Under the pieces are notes generated by a model. That model made no database searches. It was not told where the DNA came from and worked only from the letters and a program-made list of their open reading frames with translations. A stretch of DNA of 51,802 bases from Bacillota bacterium (GTDB lineage: Bacteria > Bacillota > UBA4882 > UBA8346). The stretch's first letter is position 1; the number at the start of each line of letters is the position of its first letter. A program made the position numbers and the translations under genes. Below, in pieces: positions 10,501 through 20,015 of this stretch. The DNA is taken from NCBI GenBank assembly GCA_036564195.1, contig DATCLA010000234.1:1-51802 (forward strand). The letters run 5' to 3'.

Positions 10501-10763
10501 TCAAATTGAATGAAGGCCGCCCCAATCTGATTGACGAAATGATGAATAACCAGGTTCAACTGGTGATTAATACTCCTATCGGTAAACGCGGCCAGACGGA
10601 TGACTCCTACATTCGTAAGACCGCCATTAAATATAAGATTCCCTATATCACCACTTTGGCGGCGGCATTGGCCAGTGCCCGAGGGATTGCCGCTTACCGG
10701 GCGTCCTTAAGCGGTGCGGTTACGGTTAAACCGCTGCAAGCTTATCATGGGGACCTCCGCTAA
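7542..10763 (+). CDS. carB: Carbamoyl-phosphate synthase large subunit
   Basis: 1073 aa. The N-terminus is canonical ([58 protein letters not shown]). The ATP-grasp half is duplicated (second copy [31 protein letters not shown]...). The C-terminus is an MGS-like allosteric domain. No carA is adjacent. Confidence 0.97.
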   Translation: [1073 protein letters not shown]

Positions 10764-10795
10764 ACCTGGTGGCAAATTGCGAAATTTGAATGTCT

Positions 10796-10828
10796 AAACC
10801 TGCTGAAATTGCAGGTTTTTTCTTTTGT
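10796..10828. terminator. Rho-independent terminator between convergent carB and ubiE
   Basis: AAACCTGC (10796-10803), loop TGAAATT, then GCAGGTTT (10811-10818), followed by TTTCTTTTG. It has an A-rich left flank and a T-rich right flank, so it could act in both directions. Confidence 0.75.
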
Positions 10829-10836
10829 CAGACTGT

Positions 10837-11547
10837 TTAGGTTACAGTTCCCAGGTGAACCACAGCAATTCCCCAACTTAACGAGTGACATTCCACTTTG
10901 GCCAAGCCTAGTTGGTGGAAGTGGTCGGTTATTTGGGATGCCTCGCCAAAGTTGAGGATTGACTGACAAAGATAGCGGTAGGCTCTTTCATTCTGTGCGA
11001 CCCACCGACCCAAGCTGGTAATACCGTAAGTTAAATACCAGCGGTATAATTGCTTGACCAGCGGTAACCCGGGAGTAACCAACTCCAGGGAGACGATCCG
11101 GCCGCCCGGTTTAACCACCCGTTGCATTTCTCTTAATACTTGCAACGGCGCGGCAACATTACGAAGCCCATAACTGATAATTGCGCCATCGAAGGTAGCG
11201 GCGGCAAAAGGCAGCTTTTGGGCGTCACCTTGAAGGAAACAGACCCTGCCGGAATTAGCGGGAAGCTTTCGGGATTTGGCTACTGTTAACATTCGGGCTG
11301 AGAGGTCCAGACCGATTACTTTACCGTCGGGGCCGACTTTTTTGGCCAGCGACCGGGTGATCCTACCGGTGCCGCAACAGACGTCCAAGAAGTGGGATCC
11401 CGGTTGGACTCCGATCCGGTTAACCGCAAACTTTTGCCAGTAATGGTGGATTCCAAGACTCATAATTGTGTTTAGGCGGTCATATTGGTCGGCAATGGCA
11501 TCAAAGAGGGTCCGGATGGTCTCCGGGTCTTTGGTCAGTTGCGTCAT
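10837..11547 (-). CDS. ubiE: Demethylmenaquinone / ubiquinone-family C-methyltransferase (UbiE/MenG, class I SAM-dependent)
   Basis: UbiE-type N-terminus (FDAIADQYDRLNTIMSLGIHHYWQKFA), SAM motif I (LDVCCGTGRIT), and SYGLRNV plus VKPGGRIVSLE motifs. I prefer the ATG at 11547 (GGGGGAA RBS about 7 nt upstream) to the track's TTG at 11586. Confidence 0.88.
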   Translation of the reverse strand: MTQLTKDPETIRTLFDAIADQYDRLNTIMSLGIHHYWQKFAVNRIGVQPGSHFLDVCCGTGRITRSLAKKVGPDGKVIGLDLSARMLTVAKSRKLPANSGRVCFLQGDAQKLPFAAATFDGAIISYGLRNVAAPLQVLREMQRVVKPGGRIVSLELVTPGLPLVKQLYRWYLTYGITSLGRWVAQNERAYRYLCQSILNFGEASQITDHFHQLGLAKVECHSLSWGIAVVHLGTVT

Positions 11548-11637
11548 TGGTAAATTCCCCCCGGAATTAGGTTGGGTGGATTTCAAGGTTTATATCCGGA
11601 ATTAACCGTAAATTATTGTTAATAAAGAGGTTTCCTG

Positions 11638-13437
11638 ATGGAGTTAATAATGTTAAAATATAGTAACGGCTATGAAAATGTGAAAGGCCCGGGGCGTAAC
11701 ACAGTTAAGTTGTTACGGTTTTCCCACTTCGAGATAACTTTGAACCAAAGGGGTGTTCGAATGGCTAAAGTATTACCCAAAGATTACGGTTCTTACTTAT
11801 GGCGCGGTGGTGAGGCTATCGCGGTTGAGAAAGAAGCAGAACGATTTACCCTGATTCCGGCATACCGGGAAAAGCTGGAGCGGGTAAGCCGTCTTCCCGG
11901 AGTGCAGCGGGTTAAACCCCTTAATCAACAGATTTACCGGGTTGAAATTAATGCTATGGAACGGGATAGCGCCATGGCCCTGCTGCGGTCTGCCCCGTTT
12001 AACGGTATTGTTCACCACGCTTATCATCCAAAAGGTGAGTCTGATACCGTATATTACCTCACTGACAAGATCATCGTGAAGCTGCTTCCGGAGGGCAGTG
12101 TCGCGGAGTTCGAACAGTTATTGGCTAAATACAAACTGAATTTTATTAAGGAATACGAACGGCTGCCTCGGACTTACCTTTTACAGGTTACGGCCTCCAG
12201 CGGAGAAAACCCGTTGAAAATCGCCAACCGTCTGGCCGAAGAGGCACCGGTTGCTTCGGCTGAACCTAATCTGGTGAACCGGTTTTTGCCTTCCTTTATT
12301 CCGAATGATCCGCTGTTTAAAAGACAATGGCATTTAGCTGCTGCGGCAGGACCGCAATTAGTGGCTGAGGCCTCGGTCAATGCTCCGGAAGCCTGGGACC
12401 ATACTTTGGGGGAACGCCGGGTGACCGTAGCAATAATTGACGATGGCTTTGATTTAAACCATCCGGATTTCAGCGGTGCCGGTAAAATTGTACATCCCCG
12501 TGATTACGTTGATGGGGACGCTCATCCTTTCCCTGAAGCATTCCGTGGCGATTATCACGGGACCCCTTGCGCCGGAGTGGCCTTGGCGGAAAGCAACGGT
12601 CGGGGGACGGTGGGGGCCGCTCCGGGCTGTGCCCTGATGCCGGTGCGTTTTCCTCTAACTGCAGATGATGATTTATTAATTGAGATTTTTAATGAAACCG
12701 GCAGTATAGCAGATGTGATCTCCTGCAGTTGGGGACCGCCGCCGGTGTACTCCCCGTTACCGACTGCTTTAGATGATACTTTAACCGATCTGGCTGTCTG
12801 CGGCGGTCCCCGCGGCCAAGGAGTGGTGATCGTAGTCGCGGCCGGTAACTTCAATGCCCCACTTCGCAGTCAGGGTGTCCCCGGCGGGTTTGAATGGCTG
12901 GATTATGGCTCAGGGTTGATCCACCGGACCTTTGGGCGGATTTTAAACGGATTTGCCGCTCATCCCAAGGTAGTGACGGTAGCGGCCTCCACCAGCCTGA
13001 ATAAGCATGCGGCTTACAGCAACTGGGGGCCGGAGGTAAGTATTGCAGCGCCGAGTAACAATTTTCATCCCTTGGACCCCAATCAATATGTAGGGGGACT
13101 GGGTATTTGGACCACTGATAATGAACAATACGGGTTGGGCTTTACCGCAAACAGTAATTATACAGGAAATTTCGGGGGAACTTCCAGCGCCGCCCCTTTA
13201 GCTGCGGGCGTGGCAGCGCTGGTTTTATCGGCTAACCCTAAATTGACTGCGGCTGAGGTTAAACAGATCTTACAGGAGACCGCTGATAAAATTGTTGACC
13301 CGGATCCGGACCCGATTTTAGGGACCAACCGGGGCCAATACGATTCCCAAGGCCGTTGCGACTGGTTCGGTTACGGTAAGGTCAATGCGGCCCAGGCGGT
13401 TCAAAAGGCGCTGCAACTTGCAGAAAATAAGCCATAA
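11638..13437 (+). CDS. S8-family (subtilisin-like) serine peptidase
   Basis: The catalytic triad motifs appear in order: Asp (VAIIDDGFDLNHPDF), His (HGTPCAGVA), Ser (GGTSSAAPLAAGVAAL). No obvious signal peptide. An alternative start is the ATG at 11761 (AAGGGGTG RBS). Confidence 0.9.
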   Translation: MELIMLKYSNGYENVKGPGRNTVKLLRFSHFEITLNQRGVRMAKVLPKDYGSYLWRGGEAIAVEKEAERFTLIPAYREKLERVSRLPGVQRVKPLNQQIYRVEINAMERDSAMALLRSAPFNGIVHHAYHPKGESDTVYYLTDKIIVKLLPEGSVAEFEQLLAKYKLNFIKEYERLPRTYLLQVTASSGENPLKIANRLAEEAPVASAEPNLVNRFLPSFIPNDPLFKRQWHLAAAAGPQLVAEASVNAPEAWDHTLGERRVTVAIIDDGFDLNHPDFSGAGKIVHPRDYVDGDAHPFPEAFRGDYHGTPCAGVALAESNGRGTVGAAPGCALMPVRFPLTADDDLLIEIFNETGSIADVISCSWGPPPVYSPLPTALDDTLTDLAVCGGPRGQGVVIVVAAGNFNAPLRSQGVPGGFEWLDYGSGLIHRTFGRILNGFAAHPKVVTVAASTSLNKHAAYSNWGPEVSIAAPSNNFHPLDPNQYVGGLGIWTTDNEQYGLGFTANSNYTGNFGGTSSAAPLAAGVAALVLSANPKLTAAEVKQILQETADKIVDPDPDPILGTNRGQYDSQGRCDWFGYGKVNAAQAVQKALQLAENKP

Positions 13438-13555
13438 CAACTGATGGCGATCTTAAAGTAATGCCTGAATCCAGGAGTTATCAAGTTTTTGGCGTGGGGC
13501 CCGATTAGCCTCACGTCGGGAGGAGAGCAAGAACAGCCTTCTAATTGCAGGCTGA

Positions 13556-15178
13556 TTATTCCGGATTTTCTATTCCCCGGGGTGGCGCCGGCAGAAAGCG
13601 GATCCCGGGATTTTTTTCGGCTACATTTCGAAAAACCCATTCACTGCGAAATAACGCTACCGGGAGGCCGGATTTATCCTCCAGTAGTAGATCACCCTGG
13701 AGATTGATTTTAGACCGGGCAGTAATTCCCGGACCCTGGAGCCAGCGGGCCATGACGAAGGGAAGGTGCTGTAGTTCAATTTCCACTCCGTACTCACTGC
13801 GCAGCCGGTATTCAAAGACTTCGAATTGGAGGGCGCCGACTACTCCGATGATGAAAGATTCAAAGCCGCTGTCCGGCTGTTTGAAGAGTTGGACCGTGCC
13901 TTCCTGGGTAAGCTGGGTAACGCCTTTGATGAACTGCTTCCGTTTCATGGTGTCTTTCGGCTGAACCCGGGCAAATTGTTCCGGAGGAAAGACCGGAAAG
14001 GGTTCGAAACGAAATTTCCGGTGTTCGCTGCAGAGGGTGTCGCCAATCCCAAAAATGCCCGGATCAAACAGGCCAATAATGTCTCCGGGAAAAGCCTCCG
14101 TGACCACCGTTCGTTCCTGGGCCATAAATTGTTGCGGCTGAGCCAGTTTCACCGGTTTACCGGACTGCATATGAAAGACGCTCATCCCGCGGGTAAATTT
14201 GCCGGAACAGACCCGGGCAAAGGCCAGCCGGTCCCGGTGGGCCGGATTCATATTGGCCTGAATCTTAAAGATAAAGGCAGAAAATTCCTCATTGTCCGGT
14301 TCCAGCAATCCCTCGGAGGTAAAATGGGGTCCGGGTGCGGGTGCCAGCCGTAAAAATTCCGTTAAAAAGGGCTCTACACCAAAATTAGTCATCGCGCTGC
14401 CGAAAAACACCGGAGTCAGCTGGCCGGTTTGAATTTTTTGGTTATCAAACGCTTCTCCGGCAGTATTTAAAAGGTCAATATCGTTACAAAGCGCTTCGTA
14501 AATCTCTGGGCCTAAGATTGAGGCAAAGGCTGGATCGTTCACACTGCCGGTAGTCGTAGGTAATACCCATTGACCGTGGGCGCCGGAGGTTTCCAACAGT
14601 TCGATCTGGGCAAGCCGGCGGTTATAGACTCCTTGGTAATCACCGTTAATACCAATGGGCCAATTCATCGGATAGGAACTGATCCCTAAAACTTTTTCAA
14701 GCTCATCCATTAGCTCAAAAGGGTTTTTACCGTGACGGTCCATTTTATTGATGAAAGTGAAAACAGGAATGCCCCGTTGTTTACAAACCTTGAAGAGTTT
14801 GATAGTCTGGGCTTCAACGCCTTTGGCGACGTCAATTAACATTACCGCGCTGTCGGCAGCCATTAAAGTGCGGTAAGTGTCTTCACTGAAGTCCTGGTGA
14901 CCTGGAGTATCGAGAATATTGATTTGGTATCCTTGATATTCAAACTGTAACACGCTGGAGGTAACCGAGATGCCGCGTTGCTTTTCAATCTCCATCCAGT
15001 CGGAAACCGCATGCTTTTGCGCTTTGCGGGCTTTGACCGAACCGGCAAGGTGAATGGCACCTCCGTATAGCAGCAGTTTTTCGGTTAATGTGGTTTTTCC
15101 AGCGTCCGGGTGGGCGATGATTGCAAAGGTCCGGCGCCGATTAATCTCCGCTTGAAGTTGCTCTTTAAGTTGGAGCAA
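13556..15178 (-). CDS. prfC: Peptide chain release factor 3 (translational GTPase)
   Basis: RRRTFAIIAHPDAGKTTLTEKLLLYGGAI (G1), ILDTPGHQDFSEDT (G3), NKMD (G4), with RF3-like sequence throughout. The start is set at the TTG at 15178, 9 nt after GGAGGG. The track's upstream extension to 15241 adds a hydrophobic leader that RF3 does not have. Confidence 0.93.
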   Translation of the reverse strand: MLQLKEQLQAEINRRRTFAIIAHPDAGKTTLTEKLLLYGGAIHLAGSVKARKAQKHAVSDWMEIEKQRGISVTSSVLQFEYQGYQINILDTPGHQDFSEDTYRTLMAADSAVMLIDVAKGVEAQTIKLFKVCKQRGIPVFTFINKMDRHGKNPFELMDELEKVLGISSYPMNWPIGINGDYQGVYNRRLAQIELLETSGAHGQWVLPTTTGSVNDPAFASILGPEIYEALCNDIDLLNTAGEAFDNQKIQTGQLTPVFFGSAMTNFGVEPFLTEFLRLAPAPGPHFTSEGLLEPDNEEFSAFIFKIQANMNPAHRDRLAFARVCSGKFTRGMSVFHMQSGKPVKLAQPQQFMAQERTVVTEAFPGDIIGLFDPGIFGIGDTLCSEHRKFRFEPFPVFPPEQFARVQPKDTMKRKQFIKGVTQLTQEGTVQLFKQPDSGFESFIIGVVGALQFEVFEYRLRSEYGVEIELQHLPFVMARWLQGPGITARSKINLQGDLLLEDKSGLPVALFRSEWVFRNVAEKNPGIRFLPAPPRGIENPE

Positions 15179-15952
15179 TGTCAGAAACCCTCCATCTAAA
15201 AGTAGAATCAGAGTCAACAACCTAAAACTCCATTTCACCATTATAGCTTAGAAAAAGCAGTGTTACAAGATGAGAGCCGGTTAATTTCGGATTAACCAGA
15301 TGCTTCAGATTTAAAGGCCAGGCAGGGCCCACATCGCTAACTTCCGAAAATTTGACAGGGAAATTTTGGGATCAAAGAAGGATATTTCCAATTGCTGTCA
15401 AATTACTTTACAAAGTCATTTATAAGTAGATTAAAACATAAAGAAAATAAAATAAATTAAAAACAGGGCATAAGGCGCAGTAATTAAAACATATGGTAAA
15501 TATAATTCGAGTATACCAGCCATACATAGATAGTTCAAACGAATGGTTTTGTAGAATAGATAAACAGCTTAAGCCGTTAATAAATTACGTTTTTAGATGT
15601 TATACATGAGGGTTAAAGCTGAAGACTAAGTTTTTTCAACAGCTACAGCAAGAATCCGCCCACCATAGTAGTGCAGCCGCAATGGTACTGGTAAAACCAA
15701 AACCGGAGCAGCAGGAGATTGTATTGAGCGAAAGTTTGGATATAATGACGAATTAATTTATCATCTGTTTTCTTTACAAAAGCCCAGTCAAGTTTGGAAT
15801 GACCGGGTTTTTCTGTTAATTCGGTTTTGCGCTTGAAACTAAAATAGAGATAAACATCATTAAAGGGAAATATGGGGAAAGGAGGTGGGAGCGCCAACAG
15901 CGATTGTGCCTAAGCAGGCAGAGCTTAGATTGGGGGAAAGGAGGTTTTAAAT

Positions 15953-17509
15953 ATGAAAAGACCGGTGTTGGGTTTATTTTTGGCCATTGTGGTCTTGGTT
16001 GCGGTTTTTAATCTTTTTACAACTCAGGCTGCTCCCAACGGGTTTGTTTATCGTGAAGGGAAAAACTTTATGCTGAACGGAAAGATCTTCCGGTTTGGCG
16101 GCGCCAATAATTATTACCTTCATTATAAATCAACCTCAATGATCGATGATGTCTTAAATGATGCGGTAGCGATGAACCTGAAGGTCATTCGCTGCTGGGC
16201 TTTTATGAACGGAAACGGCCAGGAGAACATCGTGATGCAGCCTTCGTTGGGCGTCTATGATGATGCCGGTTTTGCTCGGCTTGATTACACTTTACAAAAA
16301 GCGGAATCTTTAGGGCTGAAGTTGATTTTGGTTTTGGTTAATAACTGGGATGATTTTGGCGGAATGAACCAGTATGTAAATTGGACCGGCGCAGGCAATC
16401 ATGATGCTTTTTATACCAATGCCCAATGCAAACAGGCTTATAAAAATTATGTTAAGTATGTAATAAACCGGACCAATTCCCTTACGGAAGTTCAATATAA
16501 AGACTGTCCCGCCATTTTTGCTTGGGAACTCGGAAATGAACCGCGCTGTCAATCGGATTCTACCGGCCGGACCTTGGTGGAATGGGCCGATGAAATGAGT
16601 ACCTATATTAAGAGTATCGACCCGAACCATATGGTGTCTGTGGGTGATGAAGGGTTTTTTGCCCGGAAAGAGGAGACAGACTGGTTTTATAACGGCGGAG
16701 AAGGAGTTGATTGGGATAGTCTGATTGCCCTTAAAAACATTGACTTCGGTACGGTCCATCTTTATCCCGACCATTGGGGCAAGACGGCGGAATGGGGCAT
16801 TCAATGGATTAAAGACCATGCCCCAAAAGAGAAACCGGTCATCTTAGAAGAATATGGAATCAGGGGTGATAAGGACAAAGTCTATCAAACCTGGTGTGAG
16901 ACTGCACTTAATTGCGGCTATAACGGCACTATGTTTTGGATTCTCACCGGTATCCAGGACGATGGCCAGCTTTATGCTGATTATGACGGTTTTAGAGTGG
17001 TTTACCCCAGTACCACGGCAACAATCCTTGCTGAGCATGCCAAAGCGATGGCTGGCAACCCCAGCTTTACCACTACTCCCACTACGACATCTACAATTAT
17101 TCCAACGGCGCCGGCTACGGTTAGCCCAACCACAACGCCTCCGGTAACATCGACCAATACGAATACTCCAACAACAACGCCGAGCCTAAGCGGTAGTTGT
17201 GCTGTATCTTACAGCCAAAACGATTGGGGCAGCGGTGCTACAGTGAACATTTCTATCGAGAATAACGGCAGCAACATGATTAATGGTTGGAACTTGACTT
17301 TTAGTTTTCCCGGCAATCAGCAGATTACTAACATGTGGTGCGCTAAATATACCCAAAGCGGTGCAGCGGTCACTGTTACTAATGAGGCTTGGAACGGGAC
17401 CATTCCCGCAGGGGGTAGTGTTAACTTTGGCTTTAATATTAGCTATAGCGGGTCAAATTCCAAACCTTCCAGCTTTACATTGAATGGAGCTCCCTGCACT
17501 GTTGATTAA
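15953..17509 (+). CDS. Secreted GH5 endo-beta-1,4-mannanase with C-terminal CBM2
   Basis: Signal peptide. The N-terminus is typical of a GH5 mannanase (GFVYREGKNFMLNGKIFRFGGANNYY). The acid/base motif is FAWELGNEPRC and the nucleophile motif is VILEEYG. I recall this pattern from fungal/bacterial GH5_7-type mannanases, but the subfamily is tentative. A T/P-rich linker leads to CBM2 (17198-17506). Confidence 0.85.
   Translation: MKRPVLGLFLAIVVLVAVFNLFTTQAAPNGFVYREGKNFMLNGKIFRFGGANNYYLHYKSTSMIDDVLNDAVAMNLKVIRCWAFMNGNGQENIVMQPSLGVYDDAGFARLDYTLQKAESLGLKLILVLVNNWDDFGGMNQYVNWTGAGNHDAFYTNAQCKQAYKNYVKYVINRTNSLTEVQYKDCPAIFAWELGNEPRCQSDSTGRTLVEWADEMSTYIKSIDPNHMVSVGDEGFFARKEETDWFYNGGEGVDWDSLIALKNIDFGTVHLYPDHWGKTAEWGIQWIKDHAPKEKPVILEEYGIRGDKDKVYQTWCETALNCGYNGTMFWILTGIQDDGQLYADYDGFRVVYPSTTATILAEHAKAMAGNPSFTTTPTTTSTIIPTAPATVSPTTTPPVTSTNTNTPTTTPSLSGSCAVSYSQNDWGSGATVNISIENNGSNMINGWNLTFSFPGNQQITNMWCAKYTQSGAAVTVTNEAWNGTIPAGGSVNFGFNISYSGSNSKPSSFTLNGAPCTVD
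17198..17506 (+). repeat. CBM2 cassette copy 1 (dispersed ~310-nt coding repeat)
   Basis: [64 protein letters not shown]. Cys at module positions 1, 48 and 100. Confidence 0.9.
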
Positions 17510-17579
17510 AAGCATGTCTGCACTGACATCGATGACATAGGCTAAATCAAATGATTTATTCACAATCGGGGGTGTTCTA

Positions 17580-19892
17580 ATGCGTAAATTATACCAAGCG
17601 CTAATTGTTTTGGCAATACTGGCAATAGCCATCTTTACAGCTTCGGGGCTGTTTGCGGCGGCTGATTTTAATTATGCCGACGCTTTTGCCAAATCAATTC
17701 TTTATTACGAGGCCAGTTGGTGCGGTCCGGATGCGGGCACAAACCGTCTGAAATGGCGCGGGCCGTGCCATACTGAAGACGGTGCCGATGTGGGACTGGA
17801 CTTGACCGGCGGCTTTCATGACGCCGGCGACCATGTCAAATTCGGACTACCGCAAGTATATGCCGCTTCCACTTTGGGCTGGGCTTACTATGAATTTAAA
17901 GACACTTTCATTGCCAAAGGCCAAGACGGTTATATGCTCAGGATTTTAAAGCATTTTAACGACTATTTTCTCAAATGTTTTCCGAATGATACTACTTTTT
18001 ATTATCAATGCGGTGACGGGACCACCGACCACTCCTATTGGGGCCCTCCCGAACTTCAGACTACCGAGATAACTACCAGGCCTACTTTATATGCAGCGAC
18101 ACCCAGCACTCCGGCTGCGGATGTTTGTGGTAGCGCGGCTGCTTCATTAGCTTTAATGTACCTCAATTATCAGGATATGGACCCAGCTTACGCTAAACAG
18201 TGCCTGGACGCAGCGAAACGGCTTTTCGACTTTGGTAATAAATACCGGGGTAAGAGTGAAAGCGGTGGGTTTTATGGTTCCACTTCCTATCTGGATGACT
18301 TATGCTGGGGCGCAATCTGGCTCTATCTGGCAACTGACGATGAAGCTTACTTGACTGCCGCCGACGCCTTAATGTTGGAGAAGGGGATTGACGGGGTTAA
18401 CAGTTATAGCAACCATTGGACTCATTGCTGGGATGATGTTTTCGGCGGTGTCTTTGTAAAATTGGCCCAGATTACCAAGGACCCCAAATATGTGGCAATA
18501 GCCGAAGAAAACTTGGATTATTGGATTAATGGCGCTCCCACAACTCCGGGCGGGGTAAAATATATCAATTCCTGGGGCGCGCTGCGTTATACAGCCGCCG
18601 AATGTATGCTGGCAGTAGTCTACTACAAGACCACCAATGATCAGCGCTACCTAAATTTCGCCAAGGAGCAGATCGACTATATACTGGGTAATAACCCCCG
18701 TAACAGCTCTTATGTGGTGGGGTTCGGTAATAATTATCCGAAATTCCCGCACCACCGGGCGGCCAGCGGCCGAATGGAAGCGGCCCCGGCTTATGAGTCG
18801 AAGAAAGACCCGCAAAAGCACCTTCTCTACGGTGCCTTGGTTGGAGGGCCGGATTCAAACGACGGTTATAGTGATGCGGTGGACGAGTATGTCTATACTG
18901 AGGTAGCCATTGATTACAATGCCGGCTTTGTCGGAGCCATGGCCGGGATTACCAAATATTTCGGCGCCAACCAGACTCCGGAAGAAACTCCCGGGATTGA
19001 GGATATCAGTAAAGAGTATTTTGTCGAAGCGAAAATCATGGGTGAAAATGAGCAGGCGACAACGGTAGACGCCTATATCCATTGTGATACCATGCTGCCG
19101 CCGCGTTATGTTAAAGGGCTTACCTTCCGTTATTTTGTTGATTTAAGTGAATACTATGAGGCCGGAATGACAGCCGCCGATATTACGACTGCCGTTAATT
19201 ATGCACCCAACAGCGGAGTGCTTTCCTCCTTAAAGCCCTGGGATGAAGCAAACCATATTTATTATGTGGAAGGTAGCTGGCCTAAGACTGCCAATTACGG
19301 CACCATCGAATTCCAATTCCGGCTGGCTAATTATAATTCTAAACTGTGGGATGGCAGTAACGACTTCTCCCGGCAGGGTTTAACCGGCAGTCTGGCAGTA
19401 ACCGACCGAATTGCCCTTTATGTTGATGGTAAAAAAGTCTATGGTAAAGAGCCTTCCAGTTCCGACAGTACTCCCAAGCCGACGGCTACGGTAATACCCA
19501 CCGGATCGGTTCAGCCGAGTGCACCTGTTACTCCGACCGTTACTCCGACAGCCACGCCGACTGCTTCCCCCGTCCCGGCTTGTGCGGTGATTTATACCAT
19601 GAACGATTGGGGCAACGGCGCGACCGTGAGCATTACCATTAAGAATAATGGGACAACGGCCATCAACGGCTGGGAACTGGCATGGAACTTTGGAGGAAAC
19701 CAAAAGATCGTTAATCTGTGGAACGGTAAGTATACCCAAAATGGCAGCGCGGTTACTGTAACCAATGAGGCTTATAACGGAACTATTCCTGCTAACGGTA
19801 CAGTGAGTTTTGGTTTCAACCTTAGTTACAGCGGTTCTAATGCCAAACCGGCCAGTTTTACTTTAAACGGAAACAGTTGCACGGTTCTTTGA
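17580..19892 (+). CDS. Secreted GH9 endoglucanase with CBM3c and C-terminal CBM2 (processive Cel9A/E4-type architecture)
   Basis: Signal peptide. GH9 motifs are present: [63 protein letters not shown]. The fused CBM3c reads EYFVEAKIMGENEQATTVDAYIHCDT..LTFRYFVDLSE. A PT linker leads to CBM2 (19581-19889). It is a paralogue of the gene at 40548. Confidence 0.92.
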   Translation: MRKLYQALIVLAILAIAIFTASGLFAAADFNYADAFAKSILYYEASWCGPDAGTNRLKWRGPCHTEDGADVGLDLTGGFHDAGDHVKFGLPQVYAASTLGWAYYEFKDTFIAKGQDGYMLRILKHFNDYFLKCFPNDTTFYYQCGDGTTDHSYWGPPELQTTEITTRPTLYAATPSTPAADVCGSAAASLALMYLNYQDMDPAYAKQCLDAAKRLFDFGNKYRGKSESGGFYGSTSYLDDLCWGAIWLYLATDDEAYLTAADALMLEKGIDGVNSYSNHWTHCWDDVFGGVFVKLAQITKDPKYVAIAEENLDYWINGAPTTPGGVKYINSWGALRYTAAECMLAVVYYKTTNDQRYLNFAKEQIDYILGNNPRNSSYVVGFGNNYPKFPHHRAASGRMEAAPAYESKKDPQKHLLYGALVGGPDSNDGYSDAVDEYVYTEVAIDYNAGFVGAMAGITKYFGANQTPEETPGIEDISKEYFVEAKIMGENEQATTVDAYIHCDTMLPPRYVKGLTFRYFVDLSEYYEAGMTAADITTAVNYAPNSGVLSSLKPWDEANHIYYVEGSWPKTANYGTIEFQFRLANYNSKLWDGSNDFSRQGLTGSLAVTDRIALYVDGKKVYGKEPSSSDSTPKPTATVIPTGSVQPSAPVTPTVTPTATPTASPVPACAVIYTMNDWGNGATVSITIKNNGTTAINGWELAWNFGGNQKIVNLWNGKYTQNGSAVTVTNEAYNGTIPANGTVSFGFNLSYSGSNAKPASFTLNGNSCTVL
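19581..19889 (+). repeat. CBM2 cassette copy 2 (variant subtype: NLWNGKY, EAYNG)
   Basis: [66 protein letters not shown]. Only the two canonical Cys are present (positions 1 and 100). Confidence 0.9.
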
Positions 19893-20015
19893 TTGGCTGT
19901 ACCCACAGGCAGTAATGGTGTAACTTAACTGTTTTTTCACTATGACTTATTGAGGCGACAAATTGCTTTCGGAAAAATGAGTGTCCGGAAGCAGCAGCAA
20001 AAAGGAGGGTCAGTT

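Noticed and set aside
13545-14353. Plus-strand ORFs of 139 and 175 aa overlapping prfC.
   Set aside because: They are antisense to a confidently identified RF3 gene. Their composition is low-complexity and Arg/Gly/Pro-rich, typical of reverse-frame artefacts, and they contain no recognisable motifs.
15643-15897. An 84-aa minus-strand ORF (TTG start) in the AT-rich spacer before the array. It could be a small protein or a transposase fragment.
   Set aside because: It has no RBS and no recognisable family motif. Its composition is odd (F/Y/L-rich), as expected from an AT-rich random frame. I cannot support it as a gene or as a mobile-element remnant.
17198-17506. The shared C-terminal ~100-aa domain might be a secretion-sorting tag, analogous to T9SS C-terminal domains, and not a CBM.
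   Set aside because: The module has the full CBM2a signature: terminal Cys pair in most copies, the W..W..W triad at CBM2a spacing, the FGF..G and NG..C motifs, and a PT linker. T9SS is not expected outside Bacteroidota-type lineages. Nothing in the window supports a sorting role.
19950-20015. N-terminal extensions in the ORF track. These are here and at 28285-28356, 44797-44814, 11548-11586 and 15179-15241.
   Set aside because: In each case a downstream start has a much better Shine-Dalgarno sequence. It also yields a standard signal peptide, or for prfC and ubiE the canonical family N-terminus. Some extensions overlap RBSs or intergenic hairpins.
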